Assembly (NCBI RefSeq): GCF_009914755.1
Contig: NC_060947.1
Length of the DNA: 64,000 nt
Source: the human T2T-CHM13v2.0 reference genome, Homo sapiens
Direction: 5' to 3' (one strand)
Within the stretch, counting starts at the first letter, position 1; each line of letters opens with the position of its first letter. The notes beneath the pieces were generated by a model. The model worked only from the letters and a program-made list of their open reading frames with translations. It made no database searches and had not been told where the DNA came from. Of this stretch, positions 33,400-48,412 are shown piece after piece. Both the position numbers and the translations under genes were made by a program.

Positions 33400-35720
33400 G
33401 AGAAGGTATTTTCTTTTGACTTTATTTGCACTTTATTTTTTTACTGAAATTTGTATCCTGAAGATCACTCCATATCAGTAGATGGAGATCTTAACTTTTT
33501 GAAAATAGGTGCCTAGTGTTAAATTGCGTGGATATACCATAGTTCATCCCAGTTGCTAGTTGCTAGATTGGATTTTTGCCAATCATTTATTACAAATAAT
33601 GCCATAGTGAATAATCTTTCATGCATATTATTTCAGATGTGTTCAGGTATAATAGTAAAATAAAGTGATGAAAAAGGATTTTCTGAATTAAAGGGTAAAT
33701 GCATCTCTGGATATTGTCAGATTCCTCTCAATTTGCACCATTTACACTCCACCCACAATGTATGAGTGTGTTTCCCCACAGCCTTGATAAGTGAGTATGC
33801 TGACAAACTCTTGGATTTTTGCTAACCTGATGAAGTAAGTAGGTTTCTAAGTATATTTTTAAACATTTTATTGTTAAAAAATTTTAAGTACTGTGAAAAA
33901 TAATAGTACAGTTAACAGCTGTATATCTACCACCCAGATTCTACAATGAACCTTTTATCTCCCTGCCAACGTTTTGTTTTTTAAAATTTTAAATATAACA
34001 AAGTAGACAGAACTTTATTGGGACTACTATATACCCATCACTGATATTTTACTGTCAACATTTTACTATATGTTGACAAATACTATATACTATTTGTCAC
34101 ATATCTATCCATCCCTGTCTCCATCCATTCATCTATTTTTGATGCATATCAAAATAAATTACAACAACAATATACTTCTCTCTAAATACTTCAGCATGCA
34201 TACCATAACTAAAATTCCATAGCTGTATATTACTTTTCTTCTGATATGTAATTCACATTAAATGAGATACATAAATCTTAAGGGTACATTTACTGGATTT
34301 TGACAAATGCATACACTTGTATAACACAAAATCTTTATCAAGATATTGTTTTAGAAATTTTCCTTATGCCCCTTTCCAGTCAGTCCCTATCCCATCATCC
34401 ACAGTGGCAACTATACTGTTGATTTTTTCATCATAAGTTATTTCGCCTGTTAACTCCTTATAAATGGAACTCCTTATAAATGGAAACATACGGTATGTAC
34501 TTTCTTTCTGAGGCTTCTTTCACTCAACATAATGTTTTGGAGATCCATCCATGTTGTTGTGTTTATCAATAGTTCTTTTCTTTCAGTGAAATCATTGAGT
34601 ATTTTATTATGTGACTGTATCATGGATACCTGGGTTGTGTCAAGTTTTTGGCTACTATGAGTGAAGCTGTTAAAGACATTTTTTACAATTCTTTTTTATG
34701 GATATGTGATTTCATTTTGCTTCAGTAAACAACTAAGAGCAGATTTGTTGGATCATAAGTGGATGCTTAGTTGTACTAGAAACTACTAGACCTTTTTCCA
34801 AAATGGTGATACCATTTTAAATTTACACCAAAGTGGTTCAGAAATTTGCATTGTTCCACATTTTCTCAAAGTTTGGAATGTTGGTAGGTGTGTGGTAGCA
34901 TCATATTGTGATTTTAATTTACGTTTCCCTGATGACTAATGATGTTGAGTTCTTTTTTATGTACTTGTGAGCTACTTACATATTCAAATATTTTGTCTAT
35001 TTTGAAAGATGGTTTGTTTCTCACTTTATTATTAAGTTGGAAGTGTTATTTCTATGTCCTGCATACTGGCCCTTTCCTAGATATATGTTTATTAGCATTT
35101 TAGCCCTGGCTGGCTGACCTGTTCATTTCCTTACTGTATTTTGATGGATAAAAGTTTTAATTTTATTGAAGTTTCATTTATCAATTTTTTCTTATATGAT
35201 TATAATTTTCTGTGTCTTGTCTAAGAAACATTTGCCTGCCCCAAAGTTGCCAAGGTATTCTATGTTTTATTTTATAAGCTTTATAGTTTTAGTTTCTATG
35301 TTTAAAACTATTACACATGTCAAATAATTTTTGTTCAGCATCATTTGTTTAAAATAATCCCCTCTCTATTGGATTACTTTGGGATCTGTGTCAGATCAAA
35401 TAATAATATATGTGTTGATCTACTTCTGTGCTGTCAATCCTGTTTTATTTATTTATTTTGCTGTCATTAAGCCAGTACCACACTGTTTATATTACTGTAG
35501 CTTTATAGTAAGACTCGAAGTCAGGTAATGTAACCCACCAACTTTATTCTTAAAAAAAAAAAAAACACATTTCTTTGGCTATATTAGGTCCTTTGCCTTT
35601 ACTCTCAGAGTGGTTTAAATTGTATGTCTCTTACTGTGAGTGAGATTGGCCATCCTTTTATGTGTTAAGGGCCATATTTTTTTTTCTTGTTAACTGCCAA
35701 TATCCTTTACCCACTTCTCT
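33400..35720 (-). mobile_element. Old L1M fragments (nested)
   Basis: L1 3' motifs (ccctgatgactaatgatgttgag; gccagtaccacactgt); boundaries approximate. Confidence 0.65.
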
Positions 35721-37059
35721 GTTGTTTCTTCTACTCCCTTGATTTTGAGTTATCTAATAATGAGAAGGAATAGAATTAGTAAAGCTGACTTGCATTTTTT
35801 TTCCTTTGATTTGGAAGGAACCCGACTTCCCTCGTCAATGTTTTGGCTCCTAGTGAGTAATCTGAACAGGGCCATGCTTCTGGAACATGTTGGATTGATT
35901 TCTATTAAAGCAGTAAGACAGCCCAATCCAATTTTAACCAGGCTAGATTGTATTCTGCCAGCAAAAGCCCCAGACTAGCTCAATACAAACTCTTCTTAGA
36001 TAAGCTCTTAAAAAAATACCTTTCTGTTTTTGACTAAACAATTCAGGCCAGCTGTAAACTGTAACACTCAAAGTTACAAGTTGTGTTTCCCACCAGTTAT
36101 CTCCCCTAGCTGTAGACCTGTAGCAACAAAAATTGCAGATAAAGATATTTGAAATATGTGGCAAACAGTCTTCCTGTGGAAGTTACCCACTTACTGTATT
36201 TTGTTTGTATATATTCTTGAGACACAGTGGTAGTGAAGAAATGCATTGAAGGCTATTTAAACATGAATTTAACAGGTATTTGCCTAATCTTTGGAAGGAA
36301 ATTAGGATATGGCATTCCCATATCCTCACAGGAGTAATTCTCAATTATTAAAAGCCGAGTACAGTTCTTTAGGTGCTAGAAAAATAAGTGTTTGGGATAT
36401 TCTGCCATGTAACTCCTTCATTCTTCAAACATTTATTATGTTCTATGCCAGCTAGTACCTGAATCAGTAGAAGCTCAAATGCATAGTTTCTGATCTTGAA
36501 GATCTCAAGGATTGCTCTCTACTGTGAGAAAATCTAGGTAGCATCACCATGAAAGTGATTATCTCAATGGGAACTTCTATGAAAATGTATCACTAATATT
36601 TTGGATCAGTAGACTACACTCAAAACTCAGCAAGCAGATCACAATAAAAGTTCACCTACCAAACACACACAACACACCAATGAATGGGTATTAGAACTCA
36701 GTTACTAAACTGTAGGAAAGGTTGATGCAACACTTTCAAAACAATGTAGTGACCAATAATAAATTAATAAGGCTAATACTCATCATGATATATCTATATG
36801 AGGAAGAAAATGTGCTTAAGGTTGAACGTTAGAATCAGATTATACAAAAGAGAAAAAAAGATGATTTTGGAAGCATTCAGTTTACCTCATATATTACTTT
36901 TGTTCAGGGCCTTATCTAAGGTACCTGGAGAGGTTTTATATAGATGGTGACAGTTGAATTTAGACTTAAGGGAAAGGTGTTCCGGGCAGCAAGAATAACA
37001 TCCAAAGGTATTATTGTGACAAATATTGTGTGCTTGGAAATGTTGAAAGAAATACAAAA

Positions 37060-40005
37060 GTATATAATTTATGCTAACAACAAATCTATATCAAACAAAT
37101 ATGACAAACAACTGCATGCCCATACATTTGACAACTTAGATTAAATGGACTAATTTCTTGAAAGACATAAATTGTTGAAGCTCACTAAAGAAGAAATAGG
37201 CAATCCAGGAATCTATTTTTTTAAAAATTGAGTTGTAGTTAGAAACCCACCAACAAAGAAAACTACAAATCCAGATGGCATCACTGGTAAATTCTAACAA
37301 ACATTTAAAGAAGCAGTAACACCAATTCTACACAATCTCTTCCCAAAAACAGAAGTAGAGGGATCACTTTCCAACCATTACATGAGGCCAGCATTATTTT
37401 GATATCAAAGCCAAGCAAAGACATATGAGAAAAGAAAGCTGTAGACCAATATCTCTCATGAACATAGACATAAAAATCCTCAAGAAAATATTGGCAAGTC
37501 AAATCTAGCAATATATGAAAAGGATAATACACTACAATCAAGTGAGGCTTATCCTTAGAATACGGGCTGGTTTGACATTTTAAAATCAATGTAATTTGCC
37601 ATATCAACAGAGTAAAGAAGAAAAACTGTATTATAATCTCAGTAAATCCTGAAAATTATTTGATAAGTTTCAATATTCATTCCTGGAAAAATAGTCTCAG
37701 AAAATTAGGAATAAAAGGGAACTTCCTTAGCATGATAAAGACATTTACAAAATCTTGATCCATTATGTTTAGTGGTGAAAGACTGAATACTTTTCCCCAA
37801 AGTTATGTAACACAAAGATGTTATTTGTTACCATATTTGATGGTATGAAAAGGTTCAATATTGTATTGGAAGTCCTAGCCAATGTTATAAGACAAGCAAA
37901 ATAAATGAAGGGCATACAGATTGGAAAGGAAGAAATAAAACTCCCTATATTCATAGATGACATGGTTTTATACTTAGAAAACCCTAATAAATCTACAAAA
38001 ATTTACTAGAACTAAAAGGTGAATTTCGTAGGATCATAGGACAAAGCAAATATCTAAAAATAAATTATGTTTTTATATACTATCAATGAACAACTAGAAA
38101 TAAAAATTAAACAAAAACAGTATAATTTACAATAGCATCAAATGACATGAAGTGCTTAGGTATGCATAGGTCCAACAAAAATGTGCAGGCTTTGTATGTG
38201 GAAAATTACAAAACACTGTTGACAGAAATCAGATACCTAAATAAATGGAATGGTATATTGTGTTCATGGATATTGTTAAGATATCAGTTTTCTCCAAATC
38301 AATCCATAGATTGAAAATATTCTCAAGGAGAACACACAATTTTTCTTCTAAAATTTATATGGAAAAACAAATGGCCTAGAATAGCCAAAACAATTTTGAG
38401 AAAGAAGTACAAAGTTGGACAATTCATAGTACTTGATGTTAAGACTTAAAATAAAGCTACAATAGTTAAAATAGTGTGGTATGTGTGAAATACAGACTAA
38501 TAGATCATTGTAACATAATAGAGAGTCTAGAAATACACCCACATATTTAATTTTTGACAAAGTTGCTAAGGCAATCTCAACAGAAAGGTAAGTCTTTTCA
38601 ACAAATGTTGCTAAAATATAAAGCAATTGGACATCCATATGCAAAAAAAAATATAAACAAACCAACATAACAAACCTCTACCTGCACTTCCTACCTTGCA
38701 CAAAATTTAACTCCCAATGGATCACAGACCTAAATGTAAAACCTAACATTATCAAACTTCTGGAACAGAAGCAGGCAAACTTTTTCTGCAAAGAGCTAGA
38801 GAGTAAATATTTTAGTCTTTATGGGCTACATATATGGTCTCTGTCACATATTCTTTTTTAAACAACCCTCTAAAAATGTAAAAACCATTCTTAGCATGTA
38901 GGCAGCACAAAAAGAGGCCTATAGGCCATATTTAGCCATGGGAAGTACTTTGTCATCCCTTGTTTTAGATGAAGAAGCATAAGAGAAAACTCTGTGATCA
39001 GATGTTAGGCAAAAACTTGTTAGAATACCAAAAAGACAATTCATAAAAGAAAAATTGGATATATTGGACTTTATTAAAATTAACTGTATTTTCATATCAT
39101 ATATCTGACAAAGGACTTATAAGCAGAATATATAATGAACTCTCAAAACTCAATAAGAAAACAAACAACCAACTTTTAAAATATAGTTGGAAAAATGAGC
39201 AAACAATTTGAGTAGATACCTTACCAAAGAAGACACCCAAATGTCTAATAAGCACATGTAAAGATGCTCAGTATAATTTATCATCTGGGAAATGCAAGTT
39301 AAAACCACAATGGGATACCACTTCATAAATATTAGAATTGGCCTTTTTTCAAAAAGGATAACTGACAATAAGTGCTGCTAAGGATGCAGAGTAACTCGAA
39401 CTCTCATACATTGCTAGTTAATACACAGAATGGTGCAGCCACTTTGAAAAACAGTTTGACAATTTCTTATATAGTTAAACATTGTCTTTGCACATGACAC
39501 AGCAATTCTACTCCCAAGAAAAATGTGAAGCTTCACATAGAAACCCGTAGAACAGTGTTCATAGCAGCTTAATTCATAATCACCAATAATTGTAAACACC
39601 CCAAATGTGCCTCAAATTGCAAAAAGATTAACAAAATGTACATATTCATCTGATAGACTAATAACCAGCAGTAAAAAGTAACTACTGATACACATAACAA
39701 CATGGGTGAATCTCAAATGCATTGTATTAAGTGAAAGAAGACATATTCAAAAGGCTACATACTATATGATTGCATTTGTATGACATTCTGGGAAAGAAAA
39801 ATCTGTAAGACATAAAATAAATCAGTGGTTGCCAGGTAATTGGGATGTGGGGACGAGTTGACTACAGCGCACAGGGGCTTTTTTGGGTTTATGAAAATGT
39901 TCTATGTCTTGATTTTAGTGGTGGTTATATGACTACATACCTTTGTCAAAACTCATCAAAGTGTACACTAAAAAGACAGAATTTTAGTACATGTAAAAAT
40001 TGTTT
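37060..40005 (+). mobile_element. L1M (L1MC/MD-like) ORF2 and 3'UTR relic
   Basis: Decayed ORF2 motifs (agaccaatatctctcatgaacatagac; ttggaagtcctagcca) and 3'UTR (aaatcagtggttgccagg). Confidence 0.8.
38767..38962. mobile_element. MER58-family hAT MITE nested in the L1M
   Basis: ggcaaactttttctgcaaag...gtaaatattttag...aaaaatgtaaaaaccattcttagc. Confidence 0.7.
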
Positions 40006-40425
40006 AAAGTGGGAGTGACAGAGGGACAGACAGAAGATGGAGAGATGGACAGTTAAGTTTCTAATGTCAAAGAGATGTTTTACTAATGAAGGGAGAAGCT
40101 TGAACATGTTTATAAGCCATGGCCCTGAGTTAGTAAAAAGGAAAATGTTGAAGTTATCTATCTTAAAATATAGGTAACTTGAAAATATATTTTAAACTTA
40201 TGAATATATAACTGTCCACAATGAGTTACAAGTAGAAGGAATATGTGGTTTGTAATCTTTTGTACTTTCTTGTGAAGTTGATTTAAGTATTGAAGTAGTG
40301 ATCAGCATATGTTAAATTATAAGGCTGTAACTATTAATAGATTCCCTATCCTTTGCTCTTGATACTTATGTGTACTTTTCTTGCTGAATGAATGCCCAGT
40401 TTTTCAAGATTCTTGCTTAATATGA

Positions 40426-40674
<249 letters not shown>

Positions 40675-41801
40675 TGAAACCTACAAAACAGTCTTCCAGA
40701 AGCAGACTTAAAAGGCAATCTATCTATGTGTATGATTTTATAAAAGTGGATAAGTACAAGCCACAGCATAAAAGCTACTTTAATCCCTGATATTTCCCTT
40801 CTGAGTTCATCTAAAATTGATGTATTTCCAATAATACAATTGCAGTGTATTATTGATATGTAATTGTTGAGTTAGACATGGTTTTGGAAGCAGAGGCCTA
40901 GAAACTTCTAGTGCTGATCATTTCAGATCTGAGTAGCGGTACAGCATTCATAGACCTTTGTGGAACCTCCTAACATTTCTTAGCACATGACAACTAGAAT
41001 TAGGGTTCAGCAAAACTTTCTGTAAAAGTGTATTTTAGGCATTCCCATTTTCTTTTTTTTTCAGTGAGTTATTTTCCCTTTTTGCCCCTAAAATAGCAGT
41101 CATTTTGCAATTCATCAGCACTCCAAATCTTTACTTTTAATATTTTATATTGGATACTCAAAAAGGTCTTTTGTCAACACGTAACCTAATGGGTTTGCCT
41201 CTATAGATAGGAAATCATATGGTTCCTCTAAATTTGTGTGAAAGCATATTGAGTTTCTGGATTCTGAGCTGTCTGGTGATGTGAATTCTCGTTATGTTAA
41301 TCTAGGTAAGTACAGTAAAGGCCACCTTGGGGCCATCATTATGTTATTGCAAAATACCATAATAATTTATGAAATTAAAACAAATATGAAATATTTAATT
41401 GTTCCTTAATTCACATGAATACATCTGAAGGCTTAAACACAGAGTTCAGATGTGCATACATTTATCTGAAGCAATGGCTATATGTTTCCTGACCTTAAAT
41501 GGCAGTAGATATTTTGTTATTATTCTAAAAATTTAGAAACTCAGGTTAACAATATAAAAAGCTTGTAAATGTTATTTTCATTATGTACTATTTACAATTG
41601 ATTATATGGCACATTATACCTTTTTATGGTCCCTGACATGTCACTACTGATTTAAAACTAAGAAAACTTAGAGTGTTGCTTTGAACCAGGTTGTTACAAA
41701 ATAGCTGCTTTATCACTTATGGAAAAAACATTCTGTCCAACTAACAAAGCAGAGGGATCTTCAGGAAAAAGCACTTATTTTTAGGTTTGACCTGCTGTTT
41801 T

Positions 41802-42205
<404 letters not shown>

Positions 42206-45200
42206 TTAGAAGCATTTTGAATTCTTAAGTCACAGCTGAGTGCGAATAAAAAAAGGAACACCATTAATATGAATCTAAACAAAATACAAATATGTTAACA
42301 CGTGTCACGCTTTTTCAGATTTACCTGATACCTTGTAATGTTTTATTAATCTAATGTTCTCTCTTTCTTTCTCCCTCTGTTATATGATATATCTGACAAA
42401 GGACTTATAACCAGATATAAATATAATATATAGATAAATATATAGATATAAATATAATATAGATATAGAGATATTGATTTATAAAGTATAAATAGGATGG
42501 GCAGGAAGAAAAGTAATAATGCTGAATTAAACTTCATCTATTTCTTTTGTAAATATATGTATAGCCATAGAATTCAAGATATTAATATGATTCAACAAAT
42601 AAATGAAATTAACAGGAACTAGCATGAAAATTTATTGAATTCACTCTTAATATAGAAATGTTCTCAAATCACAGTACTTTTCATTTTACTATGAGATGGA
42701 CCACATTTCATATTTATACAAGGCACAGATACTCACTTTCTAAGTAAATTTTACTTACATCACCAAAATAGAATATTATCTTAGTTCATTTAAAAAACAT
42801 CCTGATTTATGTCCATAAATCTCAATAATAAGGTAATCGGAAAGATTCTTATATCTTGATAAACCTACTTATGTTGCATGGCTGAAACTCTATCAATGTT
42901 TTTGTAATAAGCTTATTTAATATACTTGTATTTCATTTTGCGATAGGAAAAATGCAAAATATTCTATACTGTTATCTCTCTACTGTAGAATGTTTACATT
43001 ATGCTTTTTAGGCTTTCCTTTGAACTCCAGTTTTCTATTATTTAATTAAGCTTTTACTATTTACCTTTCTCTTTTCTAAACCAGGCTATACAGTTTAACA
43101 CGGTTATAAGATAAGGTCCCATTGAATATCAGTTTCCCATTCCATAGCAGGGAAATAAAAGAAAAATTGCCAAAGGACTAGAAACAAAATATTTTTCATC
43201 TCATGACCTGCTAACCCAGGCAGAAATGGAGGTTGTTGATTCTTGTTATTTTCTTTGGCCATTACCTGTACAATTACTGTCTTACTGAATTTTTTTAGAG
43301 ATCAGTTAAATATACTCTATTTCATGTTCACAGATCATATCATAACCAGAACCAAACGTGTTATAGTGTGTGTCCAGTCTTAGGACAAAGCATATGGCTA
43401 AATCAGCTAAAGAGGAAAAAAAAATTCATCACCACTAATGTGAATCAAAACAAACAAAACAACAACAGCAAAACCCTAGGAATTGTTTATGAATTATTCA
43501 TGTCATTTTCATAGATGAAGGAGAAAATAGTTTTCTAACACTTCAGGAGGCTACAAAACCCTTGGGTAGGGGGAGGGTGTGTGTATGTGTGTGTATGGAA
43601 AGTTCTCACGAATAATACATGTTTTTGAAATTTTCCTTTTTTTATAAACTGGTTCCATTCGGCTGCCAATAAATTTAGAACATCAGTATATCCCTATATC
43701 ACATCTGTAGACATATCCATACAATTCTTGTTATTGTGGGGAAATTTAGCGGAACTTTGGGATTTATATTGACTTCTTCATCCTGGATCTTACCAGGATG
43801 TGTATTCCTGACAGTATTCATGGAAAAAATCTATGCTATGGGAGGAAGTATAGTATAATGTCTGTTATTACTACTACTAATAATAACGATGAAGAAAGAA
43901 ATCCTTGCCTAGTGCATGCAAGTTGTTTCTCCATAATCATATGCTAATAATGATTGATTTATCTATACCCAACCTGTTGTAGTATAAAATTAAATTAATT
44001 TTTAAATTTGAACTAAACTTTAGGAGCTTAAATTCCAAAAAGATTATTTAAATCATTAAGTCAGAGATAAACAATTGAAAAGCTGACCTTTACCAAAAGG
44101 TAATACTTTTGTGAATGTAAATATTTTATTATGTCATTATTGGCAAATACATTTCATTTATAGAATAAGCTATATGAACATCTAAGCAAATGCCTAAAAT
44201 AAGTTTTTTCACTCATTTCTAATATATGATAGCAGTGAATCGAGGTCTAATAACTTCTATTTGTAGAGTTTTATGTTCTAATTTTTAAATGCTTAGTTTT
44301 TTTTTCCCTAACCTAATGAAACTTTTTGCAACTTACTTCTGCTTGGGTGGCCCAACTTGCTGCTGAACTGTAATTCCCTGCCTCTTGAACATCAGGTGTA
44401 CCAGGTACTGTAGTTCTTCCTCAAAAGCCATATCTTAAAGTAAAGCTTTAAACATGGAAAACAAACATTTCTCCAGATTTAAGTCTTTGGTTTATTTCCC
44501 TTATTTTATAGAACTGCTCTCTTGGAGCACGTTTCAAAAGATAAATTATTTATATTGAAAACCCAACTATTAAAAATCTTTGTGAGCTATAATATAACAA
44601 TAGATAGTGATCCATATAAAGCTATAATCATGTTCACTGTTAGGCATCATATCATCTTTCACAAATATGATATAAAAATCTCTCTCTCCTTTTTATAGTC
44701 TTTTACTGTAAAATGGCAGCATTGGAACTATCGCTACTTTGCCAACTGAGTGTAATTCTCTAATCTTCAAAGTGGATTTTGTCAGTTTAGGGCCATGCTG
44801 AAATATGACATAAAACAGATCTTAAAACCCTAGCATCTTACTCTCTACAAAAATAATCACCACTGAGTCTTCAACAATAAATTTAGATCTTATTGTTGAA
44901 AGGAGACTTGGAATGATCATCTGGCTCAACCCCTAGTTTCCAATTGGTTATGGCATAATCCCCATTTAGCAGATGAGGATCAACATTAAGTGACTCACGT
45001 AAGTCGCACAGCTGGTAGGCTTTGGAGTGGGAAGTTACATAGTATTTTTAGTGTAATTCTTTTCCCATAAACATACTCTTTTTTAACCACCTTGCTTTTG
45101 GGGGAAAATCAGCCTTACAGAAACTTACTAAGGTTAAATATTTTTTGCTGTGTCATTTTTTTTCTGTAAAATCTTGGTTGGAGAAACAAAAGATGACAAA

Positions 45201-45836
45201 AAATACTAATAGTAACATATTATTAATGTATTATTAAAACAATGTGCAAAACAAAGGTAAAATACAATTTAAGAAGTCCACTTAAGTGACTTATTCAGTA
45301 ATCAATAATTTTGGGAGCTCATAGAGATGTGTACTAATAATTTATAATACATTAGAACAATGCAAATGTAAGTGTGTTCAATAGACCAGTGTCAAATAAT
45401 CTATCAGTCTGCAATAGGATTAATACAAATGTTGAGAATAAGCATTTAGAAACTTTTATAGCAATTTGATAGTGTAATTGTATCTGTTGAATATAATAAC
45501 CAAAAAGGTAGGCTTTTATTTTGCATCTTTGGCTTTTTATTCAGTTTTAGTAATTTTCATTGTATTTTATAAAAAATATTAGTCTGTGATTAACTAGGAA
45601 TTAAGAAAAGATTGGCCTTTTGCCAGAAATAATTTGAGAAGCACTGTCTTAGAGCAATCTGCTTGAAAATCCTAAAGCTTGATTGTTCAGTTATTTTGTG
45701 TGCATGATGTCAAAAGTATCTCTAACTCACTCTTAGGTCTGTTATCTACAGGGTTCTATCACTTGTTTACTAGAAATATAACCAGATACATCTTTTAAAA
45801 CTGCTTCAGTACTTATTAATATTGATATTGTATTAA

Positions 45837-46040
<204 letters not shown>

Positions 46041-46184
46041 TAAGGAAATTAAAACTAATACGACTCTGGTAGATAATTCCCATGTTACACTTTTCTAGAT
46101 TGACGTGATCCCTTAAGGATGAGCATTAAATATCTATGACTGCAGGAAGCTCACTTTGCTATTTTCACTGCACATTTTTCTCTG

Positions 46185-47208
46185 TGAGAGTTCCAGTTAT
46201 ATATTACTGTATAACAAACAACCCCAAAACTTAATGATTTTAACCAACCTTTTAATTTTGCTGAAGATTTTGCAGCTCTAGAATTAAGGGATGACTTGAC
46301 TGGTTCATTTATCTCTAACCCACGTTGCCCCAGCTGGAGTGTTTGGGACTGAAAGGTCTACTTCTAAGATGGCACTTCTCTGACATCTGGGTGTTCATTA
46401 GCTCACATGTCATCTCATCGTCCATGGTACCTCTTCGCATGGCTTAGGCTCCTCACATTATGGTAGTATAAGGCTGGTTGCTCCCCTTCCATGGCAGCTG
46501 GCTTCCAACAGAGAGAATCCCACAAGAGAAAAGTGAGTGTTTCAGGAACTACAGGTAGAAGCGGCAAGATTTCTTTTCTTTCGCTCTCTCTCTCCCTTTT
46601 TTTCTTTCTTTTTCCCTTTCTTTCTCTTTCTTTCTCTTTTCTTTCTTTCTTTTCTTTCTTTCTCTCTTCTCTCTTTCTTTCTTTCCTTTTCTTCTTTCTT
46701 TCTTTCCTCTCTTTCTTTCTCTCTCTCCTTCCTTCCTTCTTTTTTTTTTTTTGAGACAGGGTCTCACTCTGTCACCCAGACTGGAGTGCAGTGGGACATG
46801 ATCACAGCCCACTGCAGCCTCAAACCCCTGGGCTCAAGCCATCTTCCTGCCTCAGCCTCCTCCCAAGTAGCTGGGACTACAAGCACATACCACCACACAC
46901 AGCTATTTTTTTTTTCTTTTTTTCTTTGTAGTGATGGAGTCTCACTATGTTGCCCAGGCTGCTCTCAAATTCCTGTCCTCGAGCAATCCTCCCACCTCAA
47001 CCTCCCAAAGTGCTAGGATTATAGGCATGAGCCACTGTGACTGGCCTGTAAGACTTCTTTTGATCTAGGCTTGGGAGTCACACAATGTCATTTAGTCAAG
47101 TGTGAGGTACAGAATCAACCCTAGTTCCAGGTGAGGGTTTTATAGTAGATTGTACATACTGGGACATATGGTTCACTGGGGGGCCATCTTTAGAGATTAG
47201 CTACCAGA
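46185..47208. mobile_element. MLT1-type (MaLR) LTR split by an Alu
   Basis: agttatatattactgtataacaaacaaccccaaaacttaa ... gggggccatctttagagattagctacca. Confidence 0.7.
46571..47046 (-). mobile_element. AluJ-like element with an expanded ~180-nt CT-rich tail (46571-46752)
   Basis: Polypyrimidine low-complexity tract followed by a reverse-complement Alu; TSD aaga(t/c)ttcttt. Confidence 0.9.
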
Positions 47209-47320
47209 CTGAGTCTCCTTATTCATGGGTATCAGCAGTAGTGGGCACTATGGTCAAAAAGTCTAAAACTTAACAGTGCCTTACGTCCAACCCTCAATAG
47301 TTTTCTGGTTGACATCTTAA

Positions 47321-47518
<198 letters not shown>

Positions 47519-47696
47519 TAAATATAGCTTTATGTCAGTACAGAATATTTTTGTTGACTGTTTTAAAATGAGCAATGGTTACTTGTGTTTCTATGTAACA
47601 TGGCATTTAAATAGGTCTTGTTTTCAATTTGGTTACGTGCTTAGTTTGGATACCATGATACATGGTAAATGCTTAGCTCAAAATAACAAAATATAA

Positions 47697-48012
<316 letters not shown>

Positions 48013-48226
48013 GGATTAAGCATTAATTTTTTTATAGTCGGCCTCTATCGTTGTCAAGGAATTCCAGATGGAGGGATTGTTATCTGAGTATAAAAATGTG
48101 TATGCACTCAAGTAATTCATAGAGTACATCCAAGGTGCATAAATGTTTTGAGTGGCCAGTGGCCTACTCAACTATGAAACATATCAATAATCTTTATATG
48201 CATTAATCTTTGATGGATAAAATTGA

Positions 48227-48412
<186 letters not shown>

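Noticed and set aside
46491-47016. 159-aa F/L/S-rich and 87-aa K/R/E-rich ORFs
   Set aside because: They are translations of the CT-rich Alu tail and Alu body.
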